Part shown: one piece after another, positions 1 through 11,159 of the stretch | Numbering within the stretch: position 1 is the stretch's first letter | Layout of the letters: each line of letters starts with the position of its first letter | Assembly (NCBI GenBank): GCA_030729785.1 | Contig: JANQWS010000094.1 | Span: forward strand, 17,984 to 81,983 | From: Algoriphagus sp. | Lineage (GTDB): Bacteria; Bacteroidota; Bacteroidia; Cytophagales; Cyclobacteriaceae | Length of the DNA: 64,000 nt | Direction: 5' to 3' | Notes under the pieces: model-generated | Seen by the model: the letters and a program-made list of their open reading frames with translations, nothing else | Told to the model about the DNA's origin: nothing | Database searches by the model: none | Made by a program: the position numbers and the translations under genes

Positions 1-2145
1 GGAAATAAAATCACGATGGTACATAAGAATTACGACTACCGTGCTTACACCAATAACCCCTACGAAGCCAAATCCATTCAGGATGCCTTTGCGGAATCAA
101 CCCTTTGGGGTTTTGAAATAGTAAAAACAGATGGGACAAACTTCTTGGTAGATGGAACCAACTTTTTCCTTCAAGATGTGCATGGAGTCAGTGAAACCTT
201 AGCCAGATCTCGACAAGGAAACTTTAAAGTAGATGCTAGCCGCTCTACCTTGTACTACCCAACTACCAAAAACTTTCCGAAAAATACTGAAGTTGAAGCT
301 ACCATCACCCTAACTGGAACTGGAGCAGGAGGCAATTTGCGCTCGGTAACTCCTAGTCCTGATGCAGTGACTGTCCGAATGAGACATTCATTGATTGAGT
401 TGCCTCCTCTTTATGCTACGCGGGAATTTGATCCGCGAGCAGGTTACTTTTTCATTAGCTACCAGGATTACACTACACCTATAGATCAACCCTTGGTCAA
501 GCGATTCATCTCTAGGCACCGATTGGAGAAAAAAGACCCTTTGGCTGCAGTTTCTGAAGTGGTGGAACCCATCGTCTATTACTTAGATCGAGGCACTCCC
601 GAGCCCGTAGCTAGTGCACTGATTGAAGGAGGAAATTGGTGGGCACAGGCCTTTGAAGCTGCTGGATTCAAAAATGCATTTAGAGTAGAGCTTGCTCCAG
701 AAGGAATGGACCTAAATGATGTTCGGTACAACGTGATCCAATGGATACATAGATCAACTAGAGGATGGTCTTATGGCTCCAGCATCCGTGATCCACGAAC
801 AGGAGAAATCCTAAAGGGACAAGTATCCTTGGGTTCCTTGCGTGTGAGACAGGATTACCTAATTGCACAAGGTCTTTTGCAGCCTTTTGAAGAAGGGAAT
901 GAGGCAGATCCCAAATTGATGGAATTTGCGTTGAATCGATTGAAGCAACTTTCTGCTCATGAAATAGGGCATACCATTGGTTTGGCACATAGCTATGCCA
1001 CTTCAGCTACCGGACGCTCTTCCGTCATGGATTATCCTTACCCTTTGATCAGCCTCGACGAAAAAGGAAATGTAGATTTTGGAGATGCCTATGACTTAAA
1101 AATCGGTGAATGGGACAAATTGGCTATTACCTACGGCTATGGCCAACCTGCCGCAAACGAAACGGAGGAAGAGTTTTTAGAAAAAATGCTGCAATCCACC
1201 TATGCCGCAGGATATGAATTTATTACCGATTCCGATTCCAGAAACCCAAGTGGAGTGCATCCTCGATCACACCTTTGGGACAATGGGGCTTCTGCTTCGG
1301 AAGAACTTAAACGGATGTTGGACTTGCGTCAAAAGCGCATGGAAACCTTCGGGCTGAACGCGATCAAATCCGGTGAACCACAAGCCCTTCTCGAAGAGGT
1401 GTTTGTACCGCTCTACCTGATGCACCGCTACCAGTTGGAAGCTACTAGCAAGTTGGTCGGAGGACTGGATTATACCTACAAAATCAAGGGGGACAACCAA
1501 CCTAATCACCAATGGATCCCTGCAAAAAGTCAACATGAGGCCTTAGACGCATTGCTCCTGTCCATAAGTACCCCACAACTGGAAATCCCTGCTTCTATCT
1601 TGGCCTTAATTCCACCGCGACCGTATGGTTATGGTAAAAATCGTGAAACCTTCACTTCCAGAACAGGGCCTGTATTTGATCCTATTGCCCCTGCAGAAAA
1701 TGTAGTTGATGCTACCCTCGCCTTTCTTTTTGAGGCTGGAAGAGCAAATCGAATTTATTTGCAACAACTTCAAGATAAATCCTTACCAGGGTTGGAAACC
1801 GTTTTGGAGAAGGTAAGAAAACAAGTATTCAGTAATGCCATGCCAAAAGGCCTTGGTGTAGAAATTAAGCTCGTAACCGAGGCCAAATTGGTAGACCATT
1901 TAATAGCCTTATCGAAAAATGCAGGTGCATCTCAAACCGTTCGGGCTTTGGTGCGAAAAGAATTGCTTCAACTAAGCACTTTAACTGGTTCATTCTCGAC
2001 CTTAATGCAAGCACATCGAGAGTACTTGAAGCAAAAGATTGAAGCCTACCTCAGCCTACCAGAGGAATTGACACCTCAGCAGATTCTCAGCATACCAGAT
2101 GGAGCTCCTATCGGTATGGAAGCTATGACTTGTGACTTCCATTAA
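1..2145 (+). CDS. Zinc-dependent metalloprotease (DUF5117/DUF4953, EcxA-like), 5'-truncated by the window edge
   Basis: HEIGHTIGLAH zinc motif followed by an SVMDY Met-turn. The frame is open from base 1 (GGA AAT AAA ATC ACG ATG), so the real start lies upstream of the window. Confidence 0.85.
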   Translation, partial: GNKITMVHKNYDYRAYTNNPYEAKSIQDAFAESTLWGFEIVKTDGTNFLVDGTNFFLQDVHGVSETLARSRQGNFKVDASRSTLYYPTTKNFPKNTEVEATITLTGTGAGGNLRSVTPSPDAVTVRMRHSLIELPPLYATREFDPRAGYFFISYQDYTTPIDQPLVKRFISRHRLEKKDPLAAVSEVVEPIVYYLDRGTPEPVASALIEGGNWWAQAFEAAGFKNAFRVELAPEGMDLNDVRYNVIQWIHRSTRGWSYGSSIRDPRTGEILKGQVSLGSLRVRQDYLIAQGLLQPFEEGNEADPKLMEFALNRLKQLSAHEIGHTIGLAHSYATSATGRSSVMDYPYPLISLDEKGNVDFGDAYDLKIGEWDKLAITYGYGQPAANETEEEFLEKMLQSTYAAGYEFITDSDSRNPSGVHPRSHLWDNGASASEELKRMLDLRQKRMETFGLNAIKSGEPQALLEEVFVPLYLMHRYQLEATSKLVGGLDYTYKIKGDNQPNHQWIPAKSQHEALDALLLSISTPQLEIPASILALIPPRPYGYGKNRETFTSRTGPVFDPIAPAENVVDATLAFLFEAGRANRIYLQQLQDKSLPGLETVLEKVRKQVFSNAMPKGLGVEIKLVTEAKLVDHLIALSKNAGASQTVRALVRKELLQLSTLTGSFSTLMQAHREYLKQKIEAYLSLPEELTPQQILSIPDGAPIGMEAMTCDFH

Positions 2146-2177
2146 GTAAAGGCCAGGAACTCCTGGCCTTTACTTTT
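2144..2177 (+). terminator. Rho-independent terminator
   Basis: Inverted repeat AAGTAAAGGCCAGGA-ac-TCCTGGCCTTTACTT followed by T, right at the stop codon. Confidence 0.8.
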
Positions 2178-2292
2178 ATAGGGGCGACTAATCAAATTGA
2201 CCTATATTTCAGGTTTAATTCAACCACAAATCGGTAATTTTACGGGAAACAATTCAGCATTCTCCAAAACACTACCACCACAAATCCATTTC

Positions 2293-4332
2293 ATGAGTAA
2301 TCCCCTACTTTCTTCGTTTACCACCCCTTTCAATACAGCCCCTTTTCCAGCAATTTTAAACGAACACTTTCAACCCGCTTTTGTCGCTGCAATCCAGAAG
2401 GCAAAAGGAGAAGTTGAGGCAATCAAACAGGAATCCTTACCCACCTTTGAAAATACGGTGGAAGCCTTAGAAAAAAGTGGCAAACAGCTAGGGGTCTTAT
2501 CTGCCATATTTTTTAATCTCAATTCTGCAGAAACAAATGCCGAACTGCAAAGACTTGCCAGAGAGATTTCTCCACTTCTAACTACACATGCGAATGATAT
2601 TTTATTAGATAAAGAACTTTTTCAACGCATTTCACAGGTTTTTGAGCAAAGAGAGCAACTTTCCCTAACTGCTGAGCAAACAACGCTCCTAGAAAAAACA
2701 TACAAATCTTTTGTGCGCAATGGTGCCCAGCTAGGAAAAGAAGCTGCGGATACGCTTCGAAAAATTGACCAAGAATTGGCACAACTTAGTCTTCAATTTG
2801 GAGAACACGTGTTGGCGGAAACCAATAAGTTTATTCACTTGGTAGGCAATTTAAATGAACTTGAAGGCCTTCCTAAGGGAGCGTTGGATGCGGCAGCACA
2901 ATTCGCAGAAGAAAAGGGACATGCGGGTAGCTGGGCATTTTCCTTGGATTACCCCTCCTACATCCCGGTGATGACCTACGCCAAAAACAGAAACTTGAGA
3001 AAAGCATTGTTTATGGCATTCAATACCAAATGTGCCAAGCAAGATGAGTTAGACAACCAAGAAATTATTAAGCAATTGGTGTCCTTAAGACACCAACGTG
3101 CGCAACTTCTAGGCTATGAAAACCATGCCCACTTTACTTTGGAGGAACGCATGGCTAAAAGCCCAGTTGCAGTTTTTGACTTTTTAAATTCTCTTTTGGA
3201 AAAAGCCAAGCCCAAAGCCATCCTTGATGTGCAGGAAGTTGCAGACCTAGCTAAAAAATTAGACCAGTTGACTACTTTGGAAAAATGGGATTTTGCCTAC
3301 TATTCTGAATTACTCAAAAAAGAAAAATATGCACTAGATGAAGAAGAACTTCGTCCTTACTTCAGTTTAGAAAATGTGATTTCAGGCGTATTTACTACTG
3401 CTTCGCGTTTATTTGGCCTTCGCTTTGTCCCTAATACAGAAATACCAGTCTACCACCCTGAGGTGACTGCCTACGAGGTATATGACCGAGACAATAAGTT
3501 TCTATCCGTGTTTTACGCAGACTTTTTCCCGAGACCTGGAAAAAGAAATGGGGCTTGGATGACTTCCTACAAAGGACAGTATAGGGAACAAGGAATCGAT
3601 CATCGACCACATGTTTCCATTGTTTGCAATTTCACCAAGCCGACCAAAACCAGTCCTAGCCTACTCACTTTCAACGAAGTTACCACCCTCTTCCATGAAT
3701 TTGGACATGCCTTACACGGCATGTTGGCTAGAGGAGTATACGAAAGCCTATCAGGAACAAGCGTATTCTGGGATTTTGTAGAACTCCCTTCTCAAATTTT
3801 TGAGAATTGGTGCTACGAAAAAGAATGTTTAGATCTATTTGCCCAGCATTACCAAACTGGAAAACCTATTCCTAGCGATTTAGTAGCTAAAATCAAGAAA
3901 GCTGCTAATTTCCAGCAAGGTTACTTGACGCTTCGCCAATTGAGTTTTGCCTTATTAGATATGGCTTACCATAGCCAAGACCCAAGTCAAATCCACGATA
4001 TCAAAGCCTTTGAATTGCAGGTATTAACCGGAACCGAACTGCTACCAAGCGTTGAAAACACACGTATAAGTACCAGTTTTTCCCACATTTTTCAAGGAGG
4101 ATATGCTTCAGGATATTACAGCTACAAATGGGCCGAAGTTCTCGATGCAGATGCTTTTGAATTATTTCAAGAAAAAGGAATCTTTGATTCGTCGACGGCC
4201 ACTTCCTTTGAAAAAAACGTCCTATCTGCCGGAGGTAGTGAGCATCCTTCCCTCCTCTATGCTCGATTTAGAGGGAGAGATCCAAAACCAGATGCACTAT
4301 TAAAACGTAGTGGATTGGTAGCCAGCAAATAA
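2293..4332 (+). CDS. dcp: M3 family metallopeptidase (peptidyl-dipeptidase Dcp-like)
   Basis: HEFGHALH zinc motif, WDFVELPSQ, GYYSYKWAEVLDADAF. Start moved to ATG 2293 (MSNPLL), the typical N-terminus. Confidence 0.9.
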   Translation: MSNPLLSSFTTPFNTAPFPAILNEHFQPAFVAAIQKAKGEVEAIKQESLPTFENTVEALEKSGKQLGVLSAIFFNLNSAETNAELQRLAREISPLLTTHANDILLDKELFQRISQVFEQREQLSLTAEQTTLLEKTYKSFVRNGAQLGKEAADTLRKIDQELAQLSLQFGEHVLAETNKFIHLVGNLNELEGLPKGALDAAAQFAEEKGHAGSWAFSLDYPSYIPVMTYAKNRNLRKALFMAFNTKCAKQDELDNQEIIKQLVSLRHQRAQLLGYENHAHFTLEERMAKSPVAVFDFLNSLLEKAKPKAILDVQEVADLAKKLDQLTTLEKWDFAYYSELLKKEKYALDEEELRPYFSLENVISGVFTTASRLFGLRFVPNTEIPVYHPEVTAYEVYDRDNKFLSVFYADFFPRPGKRNGAWMTSYKGQYREQGIDHRPHVSIVCNFTKPTKTSPSLLTFNEVTTLFHEFGHALHGMLARGVYESLSGTSVFWDFVELPSQIFENWCYEKECLDLFAQHYQTGKPIPSDLVAKIKKAANFQQGYLTLRQLSFALLDMAYHSQDPSQIHDIKAFELQVLTGTELLPSVENTRISTSFSHIFQGGYASGYYSYKWAEVLDADAFELFQEKGIFDSSTATSFEKNVLSAGGSEHPSLLYARFRGRDPKPDALLKRSGLVASK

Positions 4333-4369
4333 ATTCTCTCTCACCTTTTTCATACTTAGGAATCCTTAC

Positions 4370-5470
4370 ATGAATCCAAAAACACTTCCACTTCCCCCCT
4401 ATCTCAAGGCACTGGCAGTTTTGACTTTGTTGACTGTAGTGATTTTCGTTTTAATTGTGGGAAAATCTATCCTTATCCCTTTGGCCATGGGAGCATTTTT
4501 CGCCGTACTATTTACTCCACTATGCTTATATCTAGAAAAAATAAAATTTTCTAGAATCCTTTCCTGCATAGTTTCCCTGCTATGTATGATTGGACTCGTG
4601 TTTGGATTATTGAGTTTTATCGTGAGCAACCTAATTAGTTTTTCTAAAGATTTTGCGAACGTATCTATTCGAATCAGCAGCTTGATAGAACAAGTAGATC
4701 AGTTTACAAGCACAAAATTGGGTTTTCAACAAAAACTAGCCGATGAATTGGACCCCAATGCCCTGCTTGCCTTAGTCAATGAAAATAGTGGGAGTATTTC
4801 TAAATTCGCCATCAATGCCATCGGATCCCTGAGTAGTCTTGTTTTGATTCCTGTGTTTATGTTTTTCTTTCTTCTCTACCGGGACCACTTGGTACAAGTC
4901 ATAATTTCCATGTATCAGGATACTGAACCTGAACTAGTTAAAACACAAATTATTCGGTTGCGTAAAGTAGTGTTAAACTATATTTCTGGTGTGGGGAAAG
5001 TAATGGTCATTCTTGCGCTACTTAACATCACTGCCTACACATTAATTGGTGTAGATCATGCCATTTTTTTCGGGCTTATTGGAGCTATTTTAAATATCAT
5101 TCCTTATGTCGGCCCATTTATTGGAGCCTTACTTCCGATGAGTTATGCATTTTTGACGATGAACAATCTACTCTCTCCACTGTTGATTCTTGGGGCATAC
5201 CAGGCTATTCAACTCTTGGAGGGGAATATTTTAACCCCAAAGATTGTGGGAAGTCAGGTCAATTTGAATGCCTTCATCACCTTTCTAGGACTACTTTTAG
5301 GGGCCTCTATTTGGGGAGTAGCAGGAATGATTTTGATCATTCCTATGCTAGCCATTTTACGCGAAATATTCGACTTATCTTCTTCCACCAAGCCTTTTGC
5401 TCTGCTGCTGGGAGAAGAACCAAAGACAATAAAATCAAAACCAACTTCTGATGAAAATTCAAATTCCTAA
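4370..5470 (+). CDS. AI-2E family transporter
   Basis: Multiple TM helices, NIIPYVGP and QLLEGNILTPKIVG motifs. Confidence 0.85.
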   Translation: MNPKTLPLPPYLKALAVLTLLTVVIFVLIVGKSILIPLAMGAFFAVLFTPLCLYLEKIKFSRILSCIVSLLCMIGLVFGLLSFIVSNLISFSKDFANVSIRISSLIEQVDQFTSTKLGFQQKLADELDPNALLALVNENSGSISKFAINAIGSLSSLVLIPVFMFFFLLYRDHLVQVIISMYQDTEPELVKTQIIRLRKVVLNYISGVGKVMVILALLNITAYTLIGVDHAIFFGLIGAILNIIPYVGPFIGALLPMSYAFLTMNNLLSPLLILGAYQAIQLLEGNILTPKIVGSQVNLNAFITFLGLLLGASIWGVAGMILIIPMLAILREIFDLSSSTKPFALLLGEEPKTIKSKPTSDENSNS

Positions 5471-6386
5471 CCTCCTACTGATAGCTACCCTAATTTTTTG
5501 GATGGGATGCGATAGCATTGATGATAAAAAAGGTAGGTTTTTGCTCAAAGGCAATAAAAAAATGGAAGAAAATGACCCCAAGACTGCATTGGAATTTTAT
5601 GGGGAGGCAATTGCGCTGGACTCCAATTTTGTTGACGCTTACTACAACAAAGGAATGGCACATATCCGACTAAACCAATTGGAAGCTGCCATTCAAGATT
5701 TCAGTGCTGCACTACAAAAAAAATCAGATTATACAGATGCACTTTTCCAGCGGGGATTAGCTTATTTAGACCTAGGCGCCAGTTACAATGCAAAAGAAGA
5801 TGGTGAACGGATGGTGAACCAAAATCCGAAGGATTGGAGATCCTATTTTTTAAAGGGGCTAACTGAAGAAAAACTAAAAAATTACGAGGAGGCCTTACAA
5901 TCTTTTCAAAAAGCAGTTGAACTAGACCCGGAAAATTCGGACCTCTTGGTAAATCAGGCCACCATCCATTTCTATCAAGAAGAATACGAATCCGCCATGT
6001 CACTTTTGGTAAAGGCAGAAGAAATCAATCCCTTGGAAGCCAACTTACACAACCTGAGATCCATGATCTTGTTTGAGAAAAAAAACTACGAAGGAGCCTT
6101 AAAAGCAGTAGAGAAAGCCATCACTCTTGATAATCGACAAGCGTATTTTTACAACAACCAAGGATTGTATTTACTCTATTTAAATCAATTGGAGGAAGGC
6201 CTGACATTTATTAATCAAAGTTTGGCAATGGATAACAAAAACCCATTTGCTCTCCGCAACAAAGGGATTTATTATTCGCTAACTGGAAAAAAGGTAGAAG
6301 CATTGAGTTTTCTAGAAGAATTGGCAACCGGCTATCCCGAGATGGACTTGGTACAAGAATACCTAATCAAAGCGAAAGCCTTGTAA
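5451..6386 (+). CDS. Tetratricopeptide-repeat lipoprotein
   Basis: Signal peptide ending WMGC; repeated TPR units (AYYNKGMAH, ALFQRGLAY, YFLKGLTE, FYNNQGLY). Confidence 0.8.
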   Translation: MKIQIPNLLLIATLIFWMGCDSIDDKKGRFLLKGNKKMEENDPKTALEFYGEAIALDSNFVDAYYNKGMAHIRLNQLEAAIQDFSAALQKKSDYTDALFQRGLAYLDLGASYNAKEDGERMVNQNPKDWRSYFLKGLTEEKLKNYEEALQSFQKAVELDPENSDLLVNQATIHFYQEEYESAMSLLVKAEEINPLEANLHNLRSMILFEKKNYEGALKAVEKAITLDNRQAYFYNNQGLYLLYLNQLEEGLTFINQSLAMDNKNPFALRNKGIYYSLTGKKVEALSFLEELATGYPEMDLVQEYLIKAKAL

Positions 6387-6410
6387 GTAGGGATTCAAAG
6401 AAAAGTAGGC

Positions 6411-6450
6411 ATAAAAAAGCCGTAACGAAAAATCGTTACGGCTTTTTTAT
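6411..6450. terminator. Bidirectional terminator between convergent genes
   Basis: Perfect inverted repeat ATAAAAAAGCCGTAACGA-aaaa-TCGTTACGGCTTTTTTAT. Confidence 0.9.
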
Positions 6451-6466
6451 TTTATGCCAAAGTAAA

Positions 6467-8731
6467 TTAGGCTTTCGCTGCCTTGATTAAGTTTAGTGCG
6501 CTTCCCGCCTTAAACCATTCAATCTGACCTTCATTGTACGTATGGTTTGCTACTACGGTGTCTGAGGTGCCGTCTGCATGATGGAAAATCACTTCCAATG
6601 ACTTCCCTGGAGCAAAAGTGGTCAAGCCATTAATATCAATTACGTCATTTTCTTGAATCAAATCGTAATCTGCAGGATTCGCAAAAGTCAAGGCAAGCAT
6701 ACCCTGCTTCTTCAAGTTGGTCTCGTGAATACGAGCAAAAGACTTCACCAAAATAGCACGAACCCCTAGGAATCGAGGCTCCATGGCTGCGTGCTCTCGG
6801 GAAGATCCTTCCCCATAATTTTCATCTCCTACAACTATAGACCCAATTCCTGCAGCCTTGTAAGCACGCTGCGTTGCTGGTACTTCTCCATATTCACCTA
6901 TCAACTGGTTTTTAACCGAGTTGGTAGCTTCGTTGAAGGCATTCACCGCTCCAATGAGCATGTTATTGGAAATATTATCCAAATGACCTCTGTATTTCAG
7001 CCAAGGACCTGCCATGGAGATGTGGTCCGTGGTACATTTTCCTTTGGCTTTGATCAACAACTTCATTCCCTTCAAATCCATCCCTTCCCATGCTGCGAAG
7101 GATTCCAATAATTGCAAACGATCAGAAGTAGGCGCTACAAGCACCTGAACCTTTGACCCATCTTCTGCTGGAGCCTGATAACCCGCATCTTCCACCGAAA
7201 AACCCTTGGTAGGTAATTCCAAACCTCTTGGTTCTTCCAATCGAACTTGGTTGCCCTCCGAGTTGATTAAGGTATCGGTAAGTGGGTTAAAAGTAAGGTT
7301 ACCTGCAATGGCTAATGCCGTCACGATCTCTGGAGAAGCTACGAATGCGTGTGTGTTTGGATTCCCATCCGCTCGCTTCGCAAAATTCCGATTGAATGAA
7401 GTAATGATGGAGTTCTTTTCCTGCTTTTCAGCACCATGTCTTGCCCACTGCCCTATACATGGACCACAGGCATTAGCAAGTACTACACCACCCATTTTAT
7501 CGAAGGTATCCAAAAATCCATCACGAGCCACAGTGAAACGAACTTGTTCCGAACCTGGAGTAATCGTGTACTCCGACTTGGCAACTAATTTTTTGTCTAC
7601 TGCCTGCTGCGCAAGGGAAGCTGCTCTAGAAATATCTTCGTAAGAAGAGTTGGTACAAGAACCGATCAATCCCACATCTAACTTTGCAGGCCATCCGTTT
7701 TCTTTGACAGCAGCAGCAAATTTAGAGATAGGCCATGCCAAATCAGGAGTAAATGGACCATTTACATGCGGCTCAAGTTCGGAAAGATTTATCTCAATCA
7801 CCTGATCGAAGTACTGCTCTGGATTGGCATAGACTTCAGCATCACCCGTCAAATGAGCTGCGATGCCATCAGCGAGTGCTGCGATATCAGAACGGCCCGT
7901 ACCAGAAAGGTAGGCAGCAGATTTTTCATCGTATCCAAAAATAGAGGTAGTTGCCCCGATTTCAGCACCCATGTTACATATGGTCCCTTTACCAGTTGCG
8001 GATAGCGAACGGGCTCCTTCTCCAAAATATTCCACAATTGCACCAGTTCCTCCTTTCACGGTTAGGATACCAGCAACTTTCAGAATCACGTCTTTGGCAG
8101 AAGTCCATCCGGATAGCTTCCCTGTCAACTTCACACCAATCAACTTTGGGAACTTCAATTCCCAAGGCAATCCAGCCATCACATCACAAGCATCCGCACC
8201 TCCTACACCAATGGCGATCATTCCTAGTCCACCAGCATTGGGGGTATGTGAATCCGTACCAATCATCATTCCTCCAGGGAAGGCATAATTTTCTAAAACC
8301 ACTTGGTGAATAATTCCAGCTCCTGGCTTCCAAAATCCAATACCGTATTTATTTGAAACTGAGGCTAAAAAATCATACACCTCTTTGTTTTTATCTTTTG
8401 CTTTGCTCAAATCTTGATCTGCTCCAATCTCTGCTTGGATTAAGTGATCGCAATGAACTGTAGAAGGAACGGCTACCTGAGAACGACCTGCCTGCATAAA
8501 TTGCAACAAGGCCATCTGCGCAGTAGCATCTTGCATGGCTACTCGATCGGGTTGAAAATCAACGTAAGAGGTTCCTCTTTTATATACCTGACTAGCAGCA
8601 CCTTCAGTTAAATGGGCGTAAAGAATTTTTTCAGTCAATGTTAGGGGTTTGCCTACCACCTTTCTAGCCGCTTCGATGCGACTTGGGATCTGTGCATAGA
8701 CCTCTTTGATCATTTCAATGTCAAAAGCCAT
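6467..8731 (-). CDS. acnA: Aconitate hydratase (mitochondrial-type)
   Basis: [43 protein letters not shown] motifs. Confidence 0.95.
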   Translation of the reverse strand: MAFDIEMIKEVYAQIPSRIEAARKVVGKPLTLTEKILYAHLTEGAASQVYKRGTSYVDFQPDRVAMQDATAQMALLQFMQAGRSQVAVPSTVHCDHLIQAEIGADQDLSKAKDKNKEVYDFLASVSNKYGIGFWKPGAGIIHQVVLENYAFPGGMMIGTDSHTPNAGGLGMIAIGVGGADACDVMAGLPWELKFPKLIGVKLTGKLSGWTSAKDVILKVAGILTVKGGTGAIVEYFGEGARSLSATGKGTICNMGAEIGATTSIFGYDEKSAAYLSGTGRSDIAALADGIAAHLTGDAEVYANPEQYFDQVIEINLSELEPHVNGPFTPDLAWPISKFAAAVKENGWPAKLDVGLIGSCTNSSYEDISRAASLAQQAVDKKLVAKSEYTITPGSEQVRFTVARDGFLDTFDKMGGVVLANACGPCIGQWARHGAEKQEKNSIITSFNRNFAKRADGNPNTHAFVASPEIVTALAIAGNLTFNPLTDTLINSEGNQVRLEEPRGLELPTKGFSVEDAGYQAPAEDGSKVQVLVAPTSDRLQLLESFAAWEGMDLKGMKLLIKAKGKCTTDHISMAGPWLKYRGHLDNISNNMLIGAVNAFNEATNSVKNQLIGEYGEVPATQRAYKAAGIGSIVVGDENYGEGSSREHAAMEPRFLGVRAILVKSFARIHETNLKKQGMLALTFANPADYDLIQENDVIDINGLTTFAPGKSLEVIFHHADGTSDTVVANHTYNEGQIEWFKAGSALNLIKAAKA

Positions 8732-8892
8732 CTTTTTGTTTAGTTTATTGGATTAAAGGTTCGGATTTCCGCTTGCGAATATAGGAAAAAGCGATAAAAA
8801 AGGGAACGCACAATCAGTTAATCAGGTTGCCCTTAGGAGAATATTCTTGGCAATTAAAATTTAAAGCCTGCAGATTGAGGATTCATAAAGCC

Positions 8893-9939
8893 TCAGACTT
8901 CAGTAGCCTGGGTAAGTTCTTGGAGAAATTTTAGCGTATCCACCCGATCCGCATAGTCCCAAGGAGCAGGACATTGGGTGTGACCAAAAGGAATTGGGTC
9001 AGGAAAAATAGAACTAGGCTGCCCCACTACGCATTGTATTTTTGAATCAAGTGGCCGTAATTTTTCCTTCAGTTCCGCTAAATTGGAATACATTTCATAA
9101 TAAAGGACACCGATCGGTGATACCAATTCAACAGATTCCTTAAGAAGTAAAAAGCCATTATCCAAGTGAGGAGTACCATTGACCAAATAAATAGACTTGT
9201 TGTACTCGTAGTTATTAAAATACTTGTGGTGGTTGGCAACCCATTCAAATGACTGAATTTCATCCAAAAGCTGTGTCAATTGGTCCTTTTCTCTGACATA
9301 CACTTTGGATACATTTCTGCATCCCAAACCAAAGTAATCAAAAATATCATGCCCTAGAGCTTGTATTTCGACAGAGGATTCATCCCCTTGAAGAATAGCC
9401 ACAGAGGTACGATTAGAACGGATTAGATGAGGATATTTTCCAAAGTAATAGTGAAAATAGCGAGCAGAATTGTCACTCCCTGTGGCAATGTATGCTTGCT
9501 TATTTTTAATGAGGTCTTCAATAAAAATGCGGTCAGAAAAACGCGGCTCTATTGCTTTCAATTGGTTGAGTAACCAAAGTGGCAGTGCCGTATCTTGAGA
9601 ACTAAGCTTGATACAGGCGACATGCCCCGAAATCAGAACCGTTAAAATATCGTGGAAGCCTACCCCTGGAATATTTCCTGCTAGCATCAACCCAACTTGT
9701 AGGGGATGACTGGGTTCATCCAAAGAATACCTAGAAACCCACAATTCCAAAGCCTTCTTTTCCAAAAGGATCTTTAAGCCTTCCAAAGCCTGCTCCAAGG
9801 ATTGGTAAGTAAACCAAGCATTTTGGTTTTGTGCCTGTTGAAATAAAATATGCTTTTCTTCCTCCTTCAAATCCGAAAGTTGAAAACCTAGGCGAATAAA
9901 TGCTGAAATCCGATCAGCAAGGGGGAATTCTGACTTCAT
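8893..9939 (-). CDS. Acyl-CoA reductase (LuxC-like)
   Basis: AGNIP, ATGSDNSARYF, YFGLGCRNVSK (catalytic Cys). Confidence 0.85.
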   Translation of the reverse strand: MKSEFPLADRISAFIRLGFQLSDLKEEEKHILFQQAQNQNAWFTYQSLEQALEGLKILLEKKALELWVSRYSLDEPSHPLQVGLMLAGNIPGVGFHDILTVLISGHVACIKLSSQDTALPLWLLNQLKAIEPRFSDRIFIEDLIKNKQAYIATGSDNSARYFHYYFGKYPHLIRSNRTSVAILQGDESSVEIQALGHDIFDYFGLGCRNVSKVYVREKDQLTQLLDEIQSFEWVANHHKYFNNYEYNKSIYLVNGTPHLDNGFLLLKESVELVSPIGVLYYEMYSNLAELKEKLRPLDSKIQCVVGQPSSIFPDPIPFGHTQCPAPWDYADRVDTLKFLQELTQATEV

Positions 9940-10032
9940 TTTACAAAGGTACCCAAAAAGAAAAAGCGCTCGAAAAAAATTAAAATTAATTAGTGTGACA
10001 ACTTTTTTATTGCGAAGGTGTTAAGGAGATTG

Positions 10033-10040
10033 TAACTTTG
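10033..10040 (+). promoter_or_regulatory. Bacteroidota sigma-70 -7 element
   Basis: TAACTTTG (consensus TAnnTTTG) 19 nt upstream of the ferredoxin ATG. Confidence 0.6.
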
Positions 10041-10059
10041 TATTCTAATTTGATCACCT

Positions 10060-10407
10060 ATGGCAATAATGATTACCGACGAATGCATCAATTGCGGTGC
10101 ATGCGAACCTGAATGCCCCAACACGGCAATATACGAGGGAGGAATAGAATGGACCTGGGCTGGGGGCACTAAATTAAATGAAGTAACTCTAGAAGATGGA
10201 ACAGTGGTAGCTGGTACAGCAAAGCAAAACCCTGTTTCGGATGAGTTTTACTACATTGTCTCTGACAAATGCACCGAGTGCAATGGTTTCCACGAAGAAC
10301 CACAGTGCGCTGCAGTATGTCCTGTAGATTGTTGTGTAGATGACCCAGATCATCGAGAAAGTGAACAGAAATTACTGACGAAGAAGGCATTCCTTCACGG
10401 AGAATAA
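10060..10407 (+). CDS. 2x[4Fe-4S] ferredoxin
   Basis: CINCGACEPECP and CTECNGFHEEPQCAAVCP. Confidence 0.93.
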   Translation: MAIMITDECINCGACEPECPNTAIYEGGIEWTWAGGTKLNEVTLEDGTVVAGTAKQNPVSDEFYYIVSDKCTECNGFHEEPQCAAVCPVDCCVDDPDHRESEQKLLTKKAFLHGE

Positions 10408-10423
10408 TTTAAGATATGGTTTA

Positions 10424-10460
10424 GGGCTCTTTTTACTTCGTAATAAGAGCCTTTTTTTTT
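10424..10460 (+). terminator. Rho-independent terminator
   Basis: GGCTCTT...AAGAGCC stem followed by a run of nine T. Confidence 0.8.
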
Positions 10461-10753
10461 GTTTACCTCCCACTCATACAGCATCTTCTTTCAGACACTA
10501 GCAATGGAATGGATGCATTACTTTTTTAAACACACTTCTTACTTGATCTTACCACTTAAGTGGTTCATTTTTATTGATTTAGGTAATTGAAATTTGTTTA
10601 ACAGTTTTAGGTTCGTATTCAGATTAATGCTTCTTGTACCCCTTTTTTTACAGGTTTTTAAAAAAAAGAAAGGATTTGCTTTGAATTGTAAATACCTTTT
10701 CGCTTATCTTAGAACAATATTTAAAGCATTCCAACCACTAATCCCTACAAACA

Positions 10754-11083
10754 TTGGAAGATCATCGAGGATACGATAGAGAGGAAATTTTCTCTAAAAA
10801 AGTAAAAGCTGGAAAAAGAACTTATTTTTTTGATATCAAATCAACCCGTGGGAATGATTATTACCTTACGATTACAGAAAGTAAGCGCCGCATAGATGGA
10901 GAAAATTTCAGTTATGAAAAGCATAAAATTTTTCTCTACAAAGAGGATTTTCACAAATTTGTCAATGCACTGAATGAAGCAGTAGATCATGTTAAAAATG
11001 ATTTATTACCGGATTTTGATTTTGAACAATTTGAAAACGAAGATTCCGAAAACGAGGTAAACAATGAACTTCGTTGGGAATAA
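10754..11083 (+). CDS. PUR-family ssDNA/RNA-binding protein (DUF3276)
   Basis: EEIFSKKVKAGKRTYFFD...YLTITESK...KHKIFLYKEDF pattern; TTG start. Confidence 0.85.
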   Translation: MEDHRGYDREEIFSKKVKAGKRTYFFDIKSTRGNDYYLTITESKRRIDGENFSYEKHKIFLYKEDFHKFVNALNEAVDHVKNDLLPDFDFEQFENEDSENEVNNELRWE

Positions 11084-11130
11084 ATCCTCTTTAAATCCAT
11101 TAGGGTTACCCCACTTATTCCAATATATTT

Positions 11131-11159
11131 GAGGAGGCAATAGCCTCCTCTTCTTTTTT
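11131..11159 (+). terminator. Rho-independent terminator abutting the next start codon
   Basis: GAGGAGGC-aata-GCCTCCTC then TTCTTTTTT, ending directly at ATG 11160. Confidence 0.7.

Noticed and set aside
6791-8313. Plus-strand ORFs inside aconitase, and similar nested ORFs throughout the track
   Set aside because: Antisense or alternate-frame shadows of well-supported genes.
8893-9939. Bioluminescence (lux) operon
   Set aside because: Only a LuxC-like reductase is present, with no luxAB or luxD. Such genes are common in non-luminous Bacteroidota.
9994-10008. TGTGAC half-site upstream of the ferredoxin promoter
   Set aside because: The second half-site is absent (GTGACAACTTTTTT), so it is not counted in the regulon.
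10594-10779. 61-aa ORF upstream of DUF3276
   Set aside because: TTG start, low-complexity AT-rich promoter sequence, no motif.
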